DNA of 62,412 bases, counting the filler, from an uncultured Planctomycetales bacterium (GTDB taxonomy: Bacteria > Omnitrophota > Gorgyraeia > Gygaellales > Profunditerraquicolaceae): assembly GCA_964487475.1 (NCBI GenBank). It is 5 parts of 5 records of this genome, joined end to end, with 100 filler letters (N's around TTAATTAATTAA, not from the genome) between each part and the next. Parts side by side here need not be neighbours in the genome. Positions count along the whole stretch, not along the records: positions 17,069 to 31,947 come from CAZAPM010000023.1; positions 32,048 to 46,654 come from CAZAPM010000024.1; 3 more parts are not named here. One strand, written 5' to 3'. The notes beneath the pieces are model-generated. The model was not told the DNA's origin. It saw only the letters and a list, made by a program, of their open reading frames with translations, and searched no databases. A program made the translations under genes and the position numbers. Below, piece after piece: positions 23,001 to 32,767 of the stretch. Position 1 is the stretch's first letter; each line of letters starts with the position of its first letter.

Positions 23001-26000
23001 TGCCCGAAGCGATCATCGCGCACATTCTTTCCACCCCGTCCTTCGTCAGTTATGAGGCCATTGTCCGGCACCTGCGTTCCGGAACGATACGTCTGGTAGT
23101 GGACAATCCGGTTTCCGCGGACCCCTACCTGTATGACCGTATGCGCGGGGAGATGGGCTTGCTGTGCTTCATTACTCCCGAGTATAAGCTGGGGAGCAAA
23201 TATTACTACGGTCCCGAGTATGCGGCTTTGACGGATAGTGACCGCAAGCAGTGCCAGTTCCATTGTTTCGCGGTGCACATCACGCAGGCGACGTTCAACC
23301 GCTGCGTGGAAAGGGCCCAGGGAGGCAGTATTACCGCGTTCCGTCCGGGAGGCAAGGAGTTCCTGGCGCAGATCTTCGTGCACGAATGCACGGAGAAATT
23401 CATCCCGCCCCTCAAGAACATCACCATGCACCGGTTCGCCTGCATGCAGGAGATATTCTTCGCCACCGAGGACGCGATCGACCGCGGGTTAAGCGACCTG
23501 GATATATTCTTCATCGAGCATGCCCAGGCCATGGCGGAGAGGGAGAGCGACCAGGGCGGAGTGTGTACCGACTATCTGGAGAGGCTGCGGGAAGAGTATG
23601 ACCTCACGCATGACCTTTCCATCGGAGCCTTCGGAAAGTTGCTGGGGGTCGACCAGACCGCGGGTCTTTTCAAGCGTGCGGATGTGGTGGCGGTCAAGAC
23701 CGCTCCCGGTAATCCGAACATCAAGTCTGCAAGAAGAGAGGATTCGATCGCCGGGATCCCCGCTGCGGCTCAAAAAGAGATCGTTCCCATCGGGGACGAG
23801 GTGGTGCGCGCGCTGCGCACCAGTTCCTTCGGCGTGGCGTATGCGCTCCTGCTGCAGATGATCGAATCGCAGCAGCTCGTCTTCTCGGTGGATGCGCTGG
23901 ATATGGACCATGCGCAGGCCCTGCTTTTCCCGATAAACAATGAGCCTATGGGTCTGGTGGCGTATCTTTCACAGAGCAAGGAACAACGTTATGAGATACA
24001 CCTTACCCGGAGGCTTTTCGAGCGTCTCAGCGGTTTCGAGCGCATCGCGTTCCTCTCCGGGCTGGTGGCGTACCTATTCATCGAGGCGTTCTTTCCTCTG
24101 ATCGAGGGCAGCAAGCATACCCTGGCTTCACTCCATGCGTTCCTGTTCTCTACCGCCGAAGCCAAGAGGTTGGGGGTGAATTCTATCGATCACATGTGCC
24201 TGCGGTATGCGGCTTCCGAAGAACGGCTCGACTTCAAGTATTTCTATTATCTGCTTTCCATATACGATGTGCTGCGGGACCCCTCGGGCAAGTTCAAGCG
24301 CGGGCTGTATGAGTTCCTGAGCGCCATGAAGATCGCCAACAGTAATATGCTCCCGATCTTTCGGCCGGAGGACATCCTGCCGTGGTACCGGTACCACCTC
24401 GAGTATGAATTGGGCAACGGTGCGGTCGCCAATCCCGCCTCCATCGAAGACCTCATCGTGATCAGCCGGCAGTTGGAAGGCCTGGCGGAGTCGAATTCGG
24501 TGGTGCGGGAGCATCTCCAGCCGGACCAGAAACGATACCTGCTTAAGTTCTCTTATAAGCCGGGGCCGCAGGAGGATCCGGTCACGCTCTATCTGCCTTC
24601 GGAGGTGAAGCGTTTCACCGAGCCGGACAGCGGGTTCGTGCTCGAACAGAAGGTGCGCGCGCTCTCCGAAAGCGACCGGCAGACCATCCTCTCGCACGAA
24701 GGAGCGATCCGGAAACTGCAGCAGGATCGCACCGCGCTTGACCCCGAGCAGAAATTGCAGCGTAAGTCGTTGAACCATCAGATCGCCGACCTGGCCAAAG
24801 CCATCGTTACCATCATGCATATGCCTTTTATCGAGTACCTTATCGAGAGGATCCGCATCTCCCGTCAGAGCTCGCCCTCACAAAAGTGCCTGGTGGTGGG
24901 GATGATGGCACCTTCATCGACCGGTAAGACCACCTGGGCGGCCGAGCTGCGCAACCAGTTGCATAAGCACAATATCAAGGCGGAGGTGTTAAGTTCGGAC
25001 AGCTTCCTTTATCACGGTGAAGGGTTCCGTTTCTCGAACGCTGATTCCGGTACCCGGGTCTATTCTCTCGAGGGGGTGGCCATGTATGACTCTTCCTCGT
25101 ATCTCAAGGCTATCAAAAGGCTTAAATCGGGCCTTCCGCTCATGCCTCCCCCGAACCAGCATGAAAGTAACGCCGCGAGCGTCATGGTCCAGGAGCAGGA
25201 GCAGGAGCGTTTTTCGGACCTGCAGGTATTGATCCTGGAGGATCCCTTCATGGGGGTCAACGAAGAGATACTCGAGCAGATCGATCTGTATGTGGGCGGC
25301 GCGTTTGACGACGGGATCCTGCGTCTGGAGCGGCGCCTGGAGCGGGATACGCAGCCGCTGGATGAGGGCGGGACCCGCGGCATGCTCTCCGGGGACGTGA
25401 TCGTTGATTTCGCCCGGAAGATGTTCGTGGAATCCCGGGATGCGACCCGGCATACCATCCTCAATCCGGATTTCACCCATGCCATCTGGCAGGCGGATAC
25501 CGGCAGGCTCTTCGTCAATAAAAGCCAGCGGTTCATCCAGTCTCTGCTTTCCCATGACCGTAAGGTGTCTATCCGCAGGAAACTGGCCGCCGAACTCGGA
25601 AAACCGGCGATCAGCAGCGTGCTGCAGGATCCTTCCCTGGCGGTCCTCATCGACCTGGATGCGTCCCTGACGCTGCCGGGCCAGGAGATCACCGATGAGG
25701 GGGCGAATGCGCTGCTGCGTATGCTCGCCGCCAAGGTCAAAGTGGTCATCCTGACCTCCAACTCCTTCAAGGCGGTCGAGTCGCAGGTGATCCGGCCTCT
25801 TTTCATCAAGGAGATGGAGCACCAGTATGCGGAGCAGCTGATCGTGCTGGCCTGCAACGGCACCCAGATATGGAAGTGGTCGGCGGCCAAAAGCGAGTTC
25901 GAACGGGTATATCTTAAAAAATTCACGCCCGAAGAAGTGGCGCGGATCATGGAGGTATTGTCGAAGGCGGTTTCGGATTTCAGCCTCATGTATTATGCCC

Positions 26001-29000
26001 AGGAGTACCGGGGAGCGGGAGAGTATCCGGTGGATGAGTTCATCGAGAACAGGGATAACGCCCAGATCGTACTGCAGGTGCTGGGGAAGCACGCGACTCC
26101 CGAGCAGAAGGACCAGTATACGCTGCGGGACAGGGATGTGCGTACGGATATCGAGGCGTTCCTTTTCCGGGCCTGTCTGCCGGCGTTCGTGAAGGTGGAA
26201 GGCCGTACTTCTGTCGACATCAACCCGAAAGGGGTGGACAAGGGCTTCGGGATACAGGCGCTCAAGGATCAGGAGGGGATCTCCTCCTCCAGTATATTCT
26301 ACATCGATGACTGGTTCAGCGGCAAAGGGGACGGCACCGAAGTGATCAAGCGCGGGGTGGCGGTGTGCGCTTCGGTGGGGGATGAGCTTCCTTCCGATAA
26401 GAAGAGTCAGGTGCGTTTCATCCGCTCGGAGTTAAAGGGGCCGGAAGGTGTGGCTACGATCCTGGAACTGGCGTTGGAGGTGATCGAAGAGAAGTCCGAA
26501 GACGGGGCGCCGGGATATTCCGGCAGGCTCTCGGAGCGTTTCGATCCTACCTATAGAGTGGCCTCGCCGAAGGACGCGGCCCGCTATTTTGACGATGCGG
26601 CCCACGCCTTCGGCCTGGGGTATGAGTTCGTCGACAGTACCGTAAGCGGGATGCTGGCGGAGTACGATCCGGTCAATAGAAGGGTGCGCATTGTAAGACA
26701 TCTGGCGGACAGGGCTCCTCCGTACGCGCGCGGAGCCGTTTCCAGTATCGCCTTCCAGGTGCTGGTCAACGATATCTTCCGTCACGAAGCCGTCCATCAC
26801 TCGGGTGTGCTTGATGAAAGCCTGGCCGAGTCCGCCAGTATCAGTTACTTCACTACCCACAAAGAGCACCTGCTGTATTTCCATAACTGGAACGATGTGT
26901 TCGGGATCGAGCTGCTGCCCGGATATCAGCGTAAGATCCGGCTGCTGGAGGGCGCAGTGTTCGGGGGAGCCCTCTTCGGGTATAATCTTGCCGCGGTCTC
27001 TACCCGTAAGGAAAAGCTTTCCGGGGAGGCTGAGTCCCGGGTGCATAAGATGACCGCCTGGGCCCTGGCCGAGGACAGGATCGTCTCCTTCGCTTTCGGC
27101 GGATACCGCATCGATACCCGGCGCAAGCAGGGGGTCAAACTTTACGGCATGCACGACACGCTTTCCGGCGCATCCGTCGAGTTCATGGCCGAGCGCGGCG
27201 CGACCATCGTTTCTTTCACCATCCATGGCACGGAGACGCTCTATTGCCCCGACCTGGAGAAATCCGGCGGCATTCCGGTACTGTGGCCTTTTGCGAGCCG
27301 TATCCGCGGGGGCAAATTCGTCTTCGAGTCCCGGGAGATCGATCTTAACGGGGTCCCCGGGGCCAAGTCAGACGGAAAGGGGAACGTCTATCACGGCATG
27401 GTGCGGTATGAGCGCTGGATCCTCGAGGCCGCGGGGATCGACGGCAACGGGGTGTTCGCCACCTTGTCATTCTCTACCGCGGGATACCCCGAGCTGGAAG
27501 CCGCGTTCGGAAAAGCGAAGGTCTTCCTTACCTACCGGCTTCAGGATTCCCTGCTTTCCATAAAAGCTTCGGTCGAGAACAGGGGAGGGACGTCGTTCCC
27601 GATGAGCTTCGGATTCCATCCCTGGTTCCTTACTCCCGCAAAGGCGGACTGGATCTTGAGTATTCCCGCCAAGGCGCATTGGGTGGCGCAGGACCTCTTG
27701 CCTGACGGGAGCATCGAGCCTGCGGGTGAGCTGCGCCGGCCTACGGTCCTGGGCAACCGCACCTTCGATGATGTATTCACCGACCTGGATTATTCCGGAG
27801 AGACGGCGGTAAGCCGGCTCTATGATCCCTCCCGCGGATTGTTGATCGAGGTCGGCCAGGATAAGAATTTCCCCCATGAAGTGCTCTATGTGCCGGCGGA
27901 TAAGGATGTGATCTGCATCGAGCCGCAGACCTCTTCCGCGGATGAGTTCAATCTTCACGCGCAGGGGATCCTGGATGCTTCTCCTGTGGTCCTTGTGCCG
28001 GGAGGGGTATGGCAGGGAGAAATGTCCATTTCCGTGAAGCAGGGGACCTATGCGCTCGCGAACCTTCCTTTGGTCAAGGCGGCGATCTTCGATCTGGACG
28101 GAGTGATCGTCAATACCGAGAAACTGCACTACTTGGCTTTGAAGAACGCGTTGCGGGGGGAGGGGATCTCCTTGAGCTGGCAGGAGTACCGTACCAGGGT
28201 TTCCGGCCACAGGAGCGTCGAGGTGCTGGGATCGTTGCCGCTGGATGAAGCGGCGAGAGCCCGGGTGCTGGCGAAGCGCAGGGATAATTTCGGCGCACTG
28301 GTCAGGGCCCAGGGCGTGGAAGTGTATCAGGACGTGCTGGGAAAGATCCTCGCGCTGCGCGAGATGGGTATCCCCTGCGCACTGGCCTCGGGAGGAAATG
28401 CGCCCCAGGTGAAAATGCTGCTGGAGGCGGCGCGCCTGACAGGATTCTTCCAGGTGATCGTGACCGGGGATGACGTGCCCAGAGGAAAGCCGTGTCCCGA
28501 TATATTCCTTAAGGCGGCGCAGCTCCTGCAGGTGCATCCGGCCGAAGCAGCAGTGTTCGAGGATGCGGTCGCGGGGATCGAGGCGGCGAAAGCCGGCGGG
28601 TTCGGTCTGGTGGTCGCGCTATCCCGTTTTGCGGAAGATGCCGACCTGAGAGCCAAGGGCGCGGATATCGTGACCCGGGATGCCTCCTCTTTGAGCCTTC
28701 GTGAGCTCTTCACCCGGGTGACCGCTCCCCGTGTGGCAGCGGCGTTAACGCGCGGAAGTTTCAAGGCGGCGGTATTCGATTTGGACGGAGTGATCAGCTC
28801 CACTGCCAAGCTGCACTTCCTGGCCTGGAAAAAGCTTTTTGAGGAGATCATCGTTATGGGCCGTGAGTTTACCCTGGATGATTTCCTTACCTATGTAGAC
28901 GGCCGTCCGCGTTTTGAGGGATGTCTGGCGATGCTTAAAGAGGCCCCCCGTACCCGCGACGCATTCGCGGCGCTGGAGCGGTATATCGATCCGGCCAAGG

Positions 29001-31947
29001 AGAAGGATGCCTATGTGCAGCTGACCGAGCCGCAGCAGGCCTTGATGGACCAGCTGACTGCCTGGGGGAACCTGAAGAACCGGTATTACAATGAAATGCT
29101 CGATCAGGCCCAGGGATTCCTTTCGATCTTTCCGGGCGTGGCAGAGGTATTGAATACTTTGACCAAAGCGGGCACCTTAACCGCCGTGGCCTCATCCAGC
29201 AAGAATGCGCCAAGGCTGGTGGAAGCGCTGCACCTTGCTCCGTTCTTCCGGGAGGTGCTTTGCGGCCTGGACCTCGGCAACTACAGTGTGCTGCTGCGCC
29301 GCGTGATCCGGGGCAAGCCGGCTGCGGATATGTTCATCGAAGCGGCTTTGCGCCTGGGAGTGCTGCCGTGTCATTGCGTAGGGTTCGAGGATGCGCCGCA
29401 GGGAGTCGAGGCGATCAAGGCGGCACACATGCTTGCGGTCGGTATCGACAGCGAAGGCAAGGGGCTCATCAAGTGCGCGGATCTGGTGGTTACCGGATTG
29501 GCGCAGCTGGCGGAGTATTTCAACCGGGCAAAGGGTTTTTCGTATCCTGCCAGCATGGCCAAGATCAAGGCGGAAGACCGGGCTCCGACCCCCGCGGAGC
29601 TGGCCAAGATCAATGCGGCCTTCGCCGCTGAATGTGCGGAGGGAGAGGCCATCCAGCTGGACGCCGGGAAAGTAGTGATGCGTTCGGATATGGAATCTCC
29701 GGCCGAAGTGAATATGGAGACCATGACCCTCTTTGTCCATCCGGTCTTTCTCGAGCATGCCCCCGCGGAGGCGCTGCGCGTGGTGCTGCAGGGGCATGAG
29801 CTCTTCCATCTTCAGGGTAAGACCGAAGATGAGGCGGAAGTACTGACGATCGCGTATTTGAAGAAGCGCGGGATACTGGTCGAGCACCTGCGGTTCCTGC
29901 AGCATAATCAGTTCGGGCTGCGTCCCATGCCGCTGTGGGAATCGAAGCTTATCCGGCAGATCGACGCGGTGCCGGAGCGCGAGCGGACCGAGAAGGAGGA
30001 GAAACTCCTGGAGTGTATCATCTCCCAGAACAAGCTGGCGAACCAGTATCTGCACGGCGGAGAGTTCCATGATTTCGTCAGCATCGATCCGATCCTCGCC
30101 GACGGCATATTGAACAGCATGCCCTCCGAGCATAAGGCCCGGGCGAGTTCCGAGCGCCTGTATGACGAGATGGTGGATGTGACCCTGTTGCTGCATCGTC
30201 TGAGAGAAGGCAACGGGCACGTGTTCGTTTCGATCAGCAATCCGTTCGGCGCCCATCATACCGAGTTCATCACGGTGAACCGGGAGCGGGAAGGGATCGA
30301 GGCAGTGACCGCGACCTTTATCTCCGAACAGCTGGGCGGATATATCGGAAGCATCATCTCCTATACCGGAAAGATGGATGAGAATCTGCCTTGCCCGGGA
30401 GTGGAGGTGGCGATCCACGAGGTGTGGAGGAAGCAGGAGGAGACGGTTTCCCCGCTGCATCTCGATGAGGTCAACCGGGTGCGTTTTCCGGATATCTTCC
30501 TGAAAGAGAATGTCGTCGCCCGCCGCAGCCTGCATAACCGCCTGGTGCGTCAGGCGCAGTCCAGGTTCGAGAAGAACCGTCAGGTCAGCGATATCAATGA
30601 GCAGGTGCGAGTCCGTCTGCGCCAGGGTTTTGAGATCAGGGGAACGCCGGATTCCCAGCGTATCGTCAGGCACGGCACCATGGTCAAGTATGCTCCCCGC
30701 GCGGTCGACCATGTGACGTATCCGCTGCAGTACGAGATCGCCGGGGACGAACGTGAATCGCGGGAGGCCCGGGATGCGCTCGAGGCGGCTTTGCGCGAAG
30801 CGGTGCGTAACGAAGCGGCCCGCATCGGCGGTGACCAGGCGGTGGAGAGCGGCCTGCGCGTGCTCGTCGCGGACCTCCTGCTGGAGGCTTCCCTGACCCT
30901 GCCTACCCATGGCCGCATCGTTCCCATGGCGCATTTCCTCTCCACGGTGATCAAGGCCCTGGAGGAGCTCAACCGCAGCGAGGATAACCGCCAGCTCATC
31001 ACGATCGTAACCTCCAGCGTGAACCGTATCTCCAGGGTGTTGTATCCGAACATCGATGCGCGGGAAGTGGAGCTGTCGCAGGAATCTTTACCGCCTGCCG
31101 AGGCCTTCGTGGTGCGCGCCGCAGAAGAGCTCAAGGCGGAGTATGAGGCCCAGATCGCCCGCGCGGAGCAGGAAGGGGATACGGAGACCGTAGAGAGGAA
31201 CGCCTTCCTGATCATTACACTGGATGATATCCCCCGCAAGGTCATCAAGATCATGCGGCAGGGGGTAGGTGACCTCTCTGAAGCGGTGTTCAGGGCAGCG
31301 CAGCCCCTGGTGATCAAGGCGGTCGCTCCCATGCGCACGGAATTCAATAAGATGTTCTATGATGTCGCGACCCTGGCCGAGGAGCTGATGCATACTCTTT
31401 CTTCAGCCGGCCCGGAGGCGGAGATATCCATTGCGGGCGCTCCGGCGAACGCTCCCTTCATCCTGCTGCTTAAGGCGGATATCGCAGGGCTCAAGCAGTA
31501 CGCCCAGCTGCGCAGCCGTTATCCGAACCTGGTCGGCATGGTAGTGCGCACGGGGGTCAAGCATTACGGCATCACCGCCCGCCAGCAGAGGTTCCCTATC
31601 CTCCCCGAGGCCTATACGGTGGTGGAGGGGATCCGGTACTCCACCTGGGATGCGGTCGAGGGCGGGGAGATGGCGATACTCAATACCGAGACCGGGTCTC
31701 TGAAGATCAATCCCTCGGTCAGGGAGCTGCGGGAATCGCAGGAGGAAGAGCTTTCCAGCCGGGCAGTGGCGATCCATGCCGCGCGCCGTAACGACTTGCC
31801 GGTGATGACCAATGACGGCGTGACCATGTCCCTGGCGGTCAATATCGATTTCGCCCATGAGGCAGAGGCGGTGGCCAAGGCTAAAGTGAGCGCCATCGGG
31901 CTTTACCGCACCGAATCGGAGTACGCCCTGCAGGAGGTCATTACCCG
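17069..31947 (+). CDS. Giant multi-enzyme protein, fragment 2 (open at both ends, ~4,960 aa)
   Basis: Stop-free frame across the whole contig. Domain order: beta-PGM C-terminus, beta-PGM, Nudix, nucleotidyltransferase-like, repeat, NagB, hydrophobic segment, HEAT, tandem unknown pair, P-loop kinase, HAD-IIB, repeat, aldose 1-epimerase, two beta-PGM, divergent repeat, PTS Enzyme I. Confidence 0.95.
17258..18060 (+). other. Domain: beta-phosphoglucomutase-like HAD-IA
   Basis: FDLDGVIT.TA.VH..AWK, VDGKSR..G, ASASKN, KP.P..F, VEDAEAGVQAG. Confidence 0.9.
18265..19040 (+). other. Domain: Nudix hydrolase (IDI/YfcD-like)
   Basis: IDIYD..GKVIG...H....LHH...V.AF...GKVLMQ.R...K..FP; canonical Nudix box GGASRGERARDAGKREFREELGI. 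Confidence 0.85.
19090..20990 (+). other. Domain: putative sugar-1-phosphate nucleotidyltransferase-like region with beta-helix-like tail
   Basis: ICVLHDAGSASRCSP resembles the Gly-rich (A/G)GxxxR-P nucleotidyltransferase loop; LKDAVVQYSYLLPGSRVTASVVNNS resembles hexapeptide repeats. Confidence 0.45.
21011..21430 (+). repeat. HExxH linker module copy 6
   Basis: YPATID...YFEAAKLAFGTPY..V..TVTGQVAEYNE...IDI...RAPPF...FQILVNDIFRHETVHH (His codon 21269). Confidence 0.93.
21440..22200 (+). other. Domain: glucosamine-6-phosphate deaminase (NagB)
   Basis: FATGDT, FHLDEY, LGIGLDGHLAFNEP, TMGIADIL.AR, G.SKA, VPASVLQ.H. Confidence 0.92.
22229..22630 (+). other. Hydrophobic Gly/Ala-rich membrane segment followed by HEAT-like repeats
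   Basis: GVLAIGGATAAAGWVAGIVAAVLLGVFLFSPVL, then three copies of L.D....VR.AA...L. Confidence 0.75.
24890..25520 (+). other. Domain: uridine kinase/phosphoribulokinase-like P-loop kinase
   Basis: VVGMMAPSSTGKTT, LSSDSF, VLILED, RLERRLERD...RG. Confidence 0.75.
25640..26490 (+). other. Domain: HAD-IIB (phosphomannomutase/Cof-like)
   Basis: IDLDASLT, LTSNS, CNGT, GRTSVDINPKGVDKGFG, YIDD. Confidence 0.8.
26516..26950 (+). repeat. HExxH linker module copy 7
   Basis: YSGRLSERF...YFDDAAHAFGLGYEFV.STVSGMLAEYD...RAPPY...FQVLVNDIFRHEAVHH (His codon 26783). Confidence 0.93.
27130..28040 (+). other. Domain: aldose 1-epimerase (mutarotase)
   Basis: GIPVLWPFASRI, YHG.VR, FGFHPWF, FDDVF, ICIEPQT. Confidence 0.9.
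28075..29520 (+). other. Domains: two tandem beta-phosphoglucomutase-like HAD-IA
   Basis: FDLDGVIVNTEKLH...GKPCPDIF...FEDAVAGI and FDLDGVISSTAKLHFLAWK...ASSSKNA...GKPAADMF...FEDAPQGV. Confidence 0.9.
29543..29960 (+). repeat. Divergent HExxH linker module (copy 8)
   Basis: YPAS...PAEVN...LFV...HAP...VVLQGHELFHLQG.TEDEA...I.Y...QFG; same motif order but weak similarity (His codon 29795). Confidence 0.6.
30620..31947 (+). other. Domain: PTS Enzyme I (PEP-protein phosphotransferase)-like, C-terminally truncated
   Basis: TGVKHYGITARQ..FP (phospho-His motif equivalent), GEMAILN...G.L.INP, TNDG....LAVNI, IGLYRTE. Confidence 0.8.
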
Positions 31948-32047
31948 NNNNNNNNNNNNNNNNNNNNNNNNNNNNNNNNNNNNNNNNNNNNTTAATTAAT
32001 TAANNNNNNNNNNNNNNNNNNNNNNNNNNNNNNNNNNNNNNNNNNNN
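31948..32047. other. Artificial contig spacer
   Basis: N44-TTAATTAATTAA-N44. Confidence 0.99.
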
Positions 32048-32080
32048 CCGCTTTTTCTTTTCAGAGGGCATCATTTCACT

Positions 32081-32767
32081 ATGCGTATCTCCGTTGTCGT
32101 CCCCTGTTTGAACGAGGAACCCACCATCGGGATCTGTATCGATAAGATCCGGAGGTTTTTCGATGAGCATGCCTATCAGGGGGAGATCATCGTCGTAGAC
32201 AACAGTTCCGAAGACGGATCCGTGCATGTTGCCAGGAACAAGGGGGTCTTGGTGTTACATGAAACGGTGAAGGGGTACGGAGCGGTATGCCGCCGGGGCC
32301 TTCAGGAGGCTAAGGGAGATATCGTTGTCATAGCGGACGGCGATGATACCTACGATTTCCTGGAGTTGGAAAAGCTCATCGAGCCCCTGAAACACGGGTC
32401 CTGCGATCTGGTAAGCGGTACCCGTCTGAATGGGACCATAAAACCGGGCGCGATGCCCTGGCTGCACCACCGGATCGGGAATCCTTTTCTCACCTGGCTT
32501 TTTAACGTGCTCTACGGAGGACGCATGTCCGACCTTTTGAGCGGGTATAAGGCCATCACGCGCGAGGCGTTCAACCGTCTTATCCTGCGGCAGATCGGGA
32601 TGCAGTTTACGGCCGAGCTCATGGTGGCGGCGCTGCGCGCAGGCTTAAGGATAAAGGAAACCCCGATCACCTATTCTTCCCGGTCTCCCTTGACGCGGCC
32701 TAAACTGCGTTCTTTCCAGGACGGCTGGGGGTACTTCGCCTTTCTTTTACGGGCAAGATTTTTTTGA
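32081..32767 (+). CDS. GT2 glycosyltransferase, DPM1-like polyprenol-phosphate glycosyltransferase
   Basis: ISVVVPCLNEE, VDNSSEDGS, KGYG, DGDDTYD, SG.R, D..SGYKA, KL.SF.DG. Confidence 0.92.
   Translation: MRISVVVPCLNEEPTIGICIDKIRRFFDEHAYQGEIIVVDNSSEDGSVHVARNKGVLVLHETVKGYGAVCRRGLQEAKGDIVVIADGDDTYDFLELEKLIEPLKHGSCDLVSGTRLNGTIKPGAMPWLHHRIGNPFLTWLFNVLYGGRMSDLLSGYKAITREAFNRLILRQIGMQFTAELMVAALRAGLRIKETPITYSSRSPLTRPKLRSFQDGWGYFAFLLRARFF

Noticed and set aside
3..29960. HExxH modules as inteins, IS elements or CRISPR-like DNA repeats
   Set aside because: No intein Cys/Ser start or His-Asn end, and no terminal inverted repeats or transposase. Conservation is at protein level with divergent DNA.
32747..32767. 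21-nt convergent overlap of the GT2 and FAD oxidoreductase 3' ends
   Set aside because: Short convergent overlaps are common in compact genomes, and there is no further signal.
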